From Fonticula alba ATCC 38817 (Eukaryota > Protista > Nucleariida), in assembly GCA_000388065.2 (NCBI GenBank), contig KB932205.1: 49,268 bases of DNA. One strand, given 5' to 3'. Position 1 is the first letter of the stretch. Each line of letters begins with the position of its first letter. The translations under genes and the position numbers were made by a program. The notes beneath the pieces are model-generated. The model worked only from the letters and a program-made list of their open reading frames with translations. It was not told where the DNA came from and searched no databases. Positions 43,556 to 49,268 of the stretch are shown here, one piece after another.

Positions 43556-46324
43556 TCACGCGTTGGACAGGACCTCCAGGTAGACCGTGCGACTGGGGGA
43601 GTTGGCCGCCGAAGCCAGGAGCCGGCCCAGCTGGCTGTCCGACTGGAGGTTGCCGCAGGAGGTGAGGTCTGAGGAGCCGGCGCCGGCGCCAGGGGTGAAC
43701 CCCTCAAACTGGATGTCCACGGCTCGCAGGGGGGCCGATGCGCCGGGCCGGGTGCCATTGGCGGCGGTCAGCTTGGCGGCCGCCAGGCGCCGAAGCTCCC
43801 CGAGCCCGACGCCGGCCGGCGCGATCCGCAAGGTCACGAAGACCGCCTCCCCGAGGGAGGGATGGCTGATTTTGACAAGGACGGGCGCGGCGCCAGCGGG
43901 GGGCGGCGGGCCGCCGGCGCGCGGCGAGGCAATCCCCCCGGCGGCCGGTGGCGGTGGCGGCCGCGGCGTGACCGGCGCCGAGGCCGGCGGCCGGCGTTCC
44001 GGCAGCAGGGTCGGCGATCCGGAGGGCAAATCCAGAGCCGAGCGGCTGCTGATGCCCCCGGCGCCCGGGCCACCGATGGTGGTGGTCGCCAGCTGGGGGT
44101 CATTCTTCAGGTCGATCTCCCGGGCCATGAAGAAGTCCCCGACCAGGGCACAGCCCAGCAGCTCGGCCGGCAGACGTGCCGGCTCGAAGAATTCCGTCAG
44201 ATAGGTGTCGATCTCGGCGCGGCGCTTGACGTGCGTCGACTCGCTGACAAGAAGCTGGCGGGGTGCCGGGGAGGGTGGGGCAGAAGGGGCGAGGGACCAT
44301 GGGTTAGCGGCGCCGAGCGGGACTTCGTCGGGCGGCGGGGGCGACACAGCAGCGGGACATGGCACGCACCCGGTGGCCTGGCAGGTAGGGAATGGGGCGG
44401 AAGCTGCCGCGGGCAACTGCCTGCGCCGGGAAGAGGGCCAGCAGGCTGACCTGGAAATCGAGGAAGTTCTGGTGGGAGCGCCAGATGAACCGCGGAGGCA
44501 GGCCCCCATTGAAGGTGAGCTCGCAGACGAAGAACACCGTGCGCGAATCGGCCTGGCGCTCGTGGCGGATGCACCGGGCCTTGGCCGGGATCGGGATGGT
44601 CGATGGCTGGCGCCCACGAGCCGAGCGGTCGGACTGATGGCGCATGGCAGGCATGCCACGCATGGATGTGTGTGTGTGTGTGTGCGCACACACAGGAGGA
44701 GCACGAGGGCCGCCCGGCGGGGGAGAGGCGCGGGTTAGAGGGAGACAGCCGGCTCGGATCAAGATGGACAGTGCCGGGGGGGGGGGGGGGCCGGGCGGGA
44801 GGGGGTGCACGTACGAGGTCACCGGTGGAGCCGGTGGCCGAGGCGGCGGGGGCCGCGGCCGCGGCAGGCGTGTGGCTCGGCGGGAGGGGCGCCTTGGCCG
44901 GGGCCGGGGCCGAGAGGGTCCGAGCGATGGCAGGCGGCTGGGCGGCCGCGGCCGCGGCGGCGGCGGCGGCAGCATTGCCGCGAGCCGGCAGCGGCGGAGG
45001 GGGGCCAGCCCGTGCGGCCGCCAGGTTGCCAGCCGGCGGAGGCGAGGGAGACCGGCCCGGCGGGACCGGCGAGGAGAAGGTGCTCGGCGGCGGGGTGAAG
45101 GCAGCCGTGCGCGAGGGAACCACCGGGGGAGGCGCCGGCGCAAAGGCCGACTTGGTCGGTGGAGGGGCGAAGCCGGGGGTGGCGCCGGCGGGCGGCCCGG
45201 CAAAGGCCGCCCGGGCGGAGGCCACGCTGCCCGAGGGGGTGGGCGAGCGCGAGGTCATCGGGGTGAAGGGAGCCGGGGGGGGCGGAGCCGCGTGGTGCCC
45301 ACCGGCCGGAGTGGTGGACGATGATCGGGCTGGGGGCATGGCAAATTGGCCAGCCCTGCTGGCGGTGGCCGGTGCCGGGGTGGGGGCAGCGCGCGGCGAG
45401 GCCACCGGCAGCGAGTCGAGCGAGCGCGTCCCCGGGCCGGCGGCCGACCCCATCCCGGCGGCCGCGGGCGGCGGGAAGAAGGACGCCGGCGGGGGGCTGA
45501 ACTTGCTGCTCCCGGGGCCGGGGCCCCGTGCGGAGGCGATGCCACTGGGCCCGGCCTCGCGCAATGGTGTGCCGTAGATGCCGCCTCGGGTCGGGGGCGT
45601 GGCCGCCGAATGGGCCGGTGCTTGGGAGGTGGTGGCGGTGGCGGTGGCGGTGGCGGCCGCCGGCCCCGGGGCCGCCTGCTTCAGGTAGCTGCTGGGGACA
45701 TACCCGGTGGCCGACGAGGTGGCCGACTGGACCCACACCCAGTCCTGGTCCTGGAGGTTGACCTCGGCGTCAGCCAGCACCAGGTCGCCCAGGCGCAGGG
45801 ACAGCTCCTCGGCAGACACGGCGGAGTAGTCGCCGAGGGCCTCGAAGGTGACCTGCCCGGTGGCGGCCGGTGCGGCCGGCGCGGCGGCCGCGACCGCGAC
45901 CGGGACCAGGACGCTGGCGCTCAATACGCGCGGGGGGGTGAAGTAGCTGCGCGGGACCATGCCAATCTTGCCGGCGAAGTTCTGCACCCGATACCAGTCA
46001 TCATTCTCCACATTGACCAGGATCATTTCCTCGGACTGAGCGGTGTGAGCAGTGGGATGGCTCGGGGGGNNNNNNNNNNNNNNNNNNNNNNNNNNNNNNN
46101 NNNNNNNNNNNNNNNNNNNNNNNNNNNNNNNNNNNNNNNNNNNNNNNNNNNNNNNNNNNNNNNNNNNNNNNNNNNNNNNNNNNNNNNNNNNNNNNNNNNN
46201 NNNNNNNNGGCGGGGAGGCGGGAAGGCGGGAAGGCGGGGGCCGCGGGCGTACCTCTTCAAAGGAAAGTTCCTCCGGGGCGTTGGCGCGGAGAGACCAACG
46301 GGCGGCCACAACGAAGGAGGCCAT
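43556..46324 (-). CDS. BEM1: Bem1/Scd2-like polarity scaffold, SH3-SH3-(Pro-rich)-PX-PB1 (751 aa)
   Basis: complement(join(43556..44254,44370..44633,44815..46035,46253..46324)) = 2256 nt; intron 1 spans an N gap. SH3a EELSFEESEEMI..DDWYRV..GMVPRSYF; SH3b ALGDYSAVSAEELSLRLGD..DWVWV..GYVPSSYL; PX IWRSHQNFLDFQVSLLALFPAQA..IPYLPG..RRAEIDTYL..FFMAREID; PB1 VLVKI..LQSDSQL. The 3' end may extend further (see findings). Confidence 0.87.
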
Positions 46325-46415
46325 CGTTCGCTGTTGCTGTGGTTGGCGCGCAAGCCGCGACGCAGTCAACGAGGGGGCGGGGCGCGGTGGGTGGAGCGTG
46401 TACGTGCGGTGCGTA

Positions 46416-46463
<48 letters not shown>
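46416..46463. repeat. (TGCG)12 alternating purine-pyrimidine repeat about 90 bp upstream of the Bem1-like ATG
   Basis: 12 perfect tetramer copies. Confidence 0.95.
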
Positions 46464-46633
46464 TGGGGGGGGGGAGGGGCAAAGAAAGAGGGAGACTAGA
46501 GGAGGGGAGGGGCTGTGCGGCGGCAGGGGGGGAGAGTGTGAGAATGGCGGGGAGCCTGGCTTGCGGCCCTTCTGGCGATCCGGACCCCGGCGGCTCAAGA
46601 GCGCCGGGTCTGCGCGCCTCCGCCCAGGAACAG

Positions 46634-46669
46634 GAGGAGGAGGAGGAGGAGGAGGAGGAGGAGGAGGAG
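46634..46669. repeat. (GAG)12 trinucleotide repeat upstream of the Bem1-like gene
   Basis: 12 perfect copies; reads (CTC)n on the Bem1 sense strand. Confidence 0.9.
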
Positions 46670-49268
46670 GCGGGTGATGGCCGGGTGGCGGGCGGGCGGG
46701 CGGCCTCGCGTCCAGCGGCTTCCCATCGGGGCGGGCCGATCCCGAACGATCAAGCGTCGGCCGGTGGGGCCTCCGGTGGTTTCGGCCTCGCGATGTCCCC
46801 CCCCCCCCCCCCCTCCCTCGCCGACTCCAGGCCTCCCTTCGCGGCAGGAGAGATACCTGCGCAGGAGCCGGGCCATGCCCTGAGGGGTGAAGGAATGCGC
46901 CCCGGATTTGGGGGAGACAGCTTCTCCGGGGCCGATGAGCCATGTGCGTTGGCGCGCGCACATATGAGAGCGCCTGCACGACCGACATCGGGCCATTCTT
47001 GCTTTCTGTTGGGGGGGCCGCCCGCTGGCCCCCCCCCCCCCCCGCCCCGGCTACGCCCTGTCCCTGCCCTTTCCGGCGCCCTAGCCCATCGGGTCCCCTG
47101 GACGGGGGGACCCGCGTCAGGGCGGGCCCCGAAGCGGCCAGCACCAACGGGGCTGTTCGGCACCGGGAACACAGGCCGGCCTTCCGGTGCGCCAGGGCAA
47201 AGGTTGCAAAGATTGCACACCCGGGCCAAGGGGCGGCGGCGGGGGGGGGGGGGGAACAGGGCGGAGCCGGGGTGGGCAACAATTCGTGCATGCTCGAGAG
47301 GAAAGAAATAACAGCGGGGATCGGCCCGGGCGCCGTTGCTTGTCTCAACCGGCGGGACCGTCCCGAGTCTCCGGCCCCCCCCCGGGGGGGGGGGGCGGGG
47401 GCAAAGGGCACATAATACGGCGGCCCCCGAGCGCCGGGGGCATGGGCTGATGCGCCGACACGGGGGGAGGGGCACCCGGGGCGAATGGCGCCGATCGGGG
47501 CCGGATCCCCGGCCGGCACGGCACGGCGCCACGAGCGTGGGGATGCCCCGAGAACGGCCCTGCCGGCTGCCCGGGCGGGGGCCGCGCCGAGCGGGGGCTC
47601 CTGCCTGCCTGCGAGTCCCCCCGCTCGCTGCAGCCCGAACCAGGCGGTGTCGAGGGGGGGGGGGCGCGAGGGACGGCCAAAAACAATGCCCTGGAAACCG
47701 CGATGCATGTGTTTCCGTGCGGGCACACGCGAGAGAGAGGGCGAGAGAGGGGGCAGGGCCGGGGCCGGCACATATGTGTGTCGGCATATGGCGAGCCTTT
47801 GCCGCTTCTCTGTGGGTGTTTTTGCCCAATCTGCGCCAGTGCACACTTCGTCTGAGCTGGTGGATTGTTTGCCAGGCTCCGGAGACCGGGCCACGGCGGG
47901 GTATATACGCGGCCGGGGTTGGCCCTGTGCTCGTCGTGGCCGTGCCGGCTGTCCAGCACGATCGTGCCGTGTGAATCTGGTGCGGCCCTGGGGGAAATGG
48001 GGGCCCTGTTTCCGGCTGCCCGCCCCCCCCTGCGGCTGAGGCGCCCCGCCCTGCCTTTCGCTCCCGCTCCACTGCCCGTCCGGCTGGCCCCCCCCCCGCT
48101 CGGCCGGAAAAGGGGGGGATGCACCCGCGGCCGATCGGGGAGTGCCCGCGCCGGGGCCCACCGGGCACTTCGCCCGGCCGGGCGGGCAGGCTCGGCCGTG
48201 CGCGGCGATACCCCCAGCGGGCCGTGAAGAGTGCTTGGGCTGGCCGAGGGCGCCCAACACTCCAAGTGCCCCCCCCCCCGCCCGCCCGGGCCTCACATTG
48301 GGGATCGGGGGGAGCCACCGGTGCTCGGGCGCCGGACCGGGACACAACCGGCACACGCGAGCCCGCCAGGCCCTTGGTGCCCGTGGCGTGTGCGGCCAGC
48401 TCGGAGGGCGGGGGAAAGGGAACTTCTCACGAGGCAAAAAGAGGGACCGGGCCCCGCCACAGCGCCCCGGCTTGCCCCCCCCGCGCGCCTCTCTGTCAGC
48501 AAACACACACATGCGCCGGCCGCCCCCTGTGCCGGGCCCGGCCAGCGCCCGGCACTTCGCGGCCCGGGGGCATCGTCACCAAGCATTTGCCCGGGCCGCC
48601 ACCACTCGAGGCGCCCCGGCCCCGGCCGGTCAACTCCTCTTCAGCATGGTCCGAGCCTGGCCACCGGGGCCCGGCCAGGACACCGGCGCAGCCGGGCCCA
48701 AATAGAGACCCGTAGCATGAGCAATGTTTACGCGCGTCCCCCCGCCCCGGGGGCCCTGGCGGTGCAGGCAGCGAGAGGGGCGAGGGGCCCCGCCCGGGGC
48801 ACGCCGAGGCCGGGCGCACGCATCCCCCCTGGCATGCACGCATGTATGCCGCATATGCCTGCGGCACAACATACACATGCTCCCCAATATGCGCTCGCGC
48901 GCGCACACACACACACGCACACGCACGCTCTGCGGGGCACAGCCGGCCCACGCGACCGCCGCAGCGCGAGGGAGATATCGGTCTTCCGGGAAAAGCGCCC
49001 GGGGACGCGGGTGCCCTCGCACACCCCCGGGGGCGCAGGACCATCTCCCATCCGGGTGCGAGATAATATATCTCATGGCGTCATATTGAAGCAGGCCGCG
49101 CTCGGGCGCGGGGGGCGTGCGGTGCCCGCCGCAGCTGGCCAAAGCCCGGAGCAAAGGCCCCCCCCCGGCGGCCGCCAGGACGACGGACGGCGCCGGCCGG
49201 ATCGTTGGGCGCCCCAGCATGCCAGGCAACAGAGAGATCGCCCGGCTGCCGGAGATCCCCCCCCCCCC

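Noticed and set aside
46544-47311. Plus-strand ORF with E12 divergent from Bem1
   Set aside because: The Glu run is the (CTC)n tract typical of sense-strand leaders for the minus-strand gene; the remainder is low-complexity with no homology.
1-49268. CRISPR arrays, transposons, prokaryotic operons, GTG/TTG starts from the ORF track
   Set aside because: Eukaryotic spliced genes throughout. No spacer-repeat array, transposase/RT/integrase motif, TIR or LTR was seen. Many GTG 'starts' are simply GTGCG splice donors.

Overview
GC-rich, intron-containing eukaryotic genomic DNA with five N gaps, many poly-C/G runs and (CA)n/(CT)n microsatellites. The ORF track is mostly shadow ORFs or exon-plus-intron read-through. 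The composition, Ala/Gly/Pro-inflated proteins and the mix of a fungal-type gene (Bem1) with animal-type genes (LRRC20/LRRC57-like, DLC-type SAM) suggest a unicellular opisthokont such as the nucleariid Fonticula alba; this is inference, not verified. By hand-splicing on GT-AG boundaries I built 11 protein-coding models, each with a total length divisible by 3 and no internal stop: an orphan 4-TM protein, LRRC20-like, RBBP5/Swd1, LIMR/LMBR1-family, LRRC57-like, a divergent eIF4E, DNA polymerase eta, TRAPPC8/Trs85, OXLD1-like, an ADF-H/SH3/SAM/RhoGAP protein and a Bem1-like SH3-SH3-PX-PB1 scaffold. There is also one tRNA-Val(CAC). I found no mobile elements, rRNA or CRISPR arrays. Best leads: (1) the ADF-H + atypical SH3 + DLC-type SAM + RhoGAP protein, lying tail-to-tail with the Bem1-like polarity scaffold; (2) a near-universal GTRCGY (+4C) splice donor with no +4A among 38 introns; (3) a divergent eIF4E with a long Gly/Ser/Arg tail; (4) an orphan exon encoding the Xrn1 N-terminus MGIPKFF. 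All family calls are from remembered motifs; no database searches were run.
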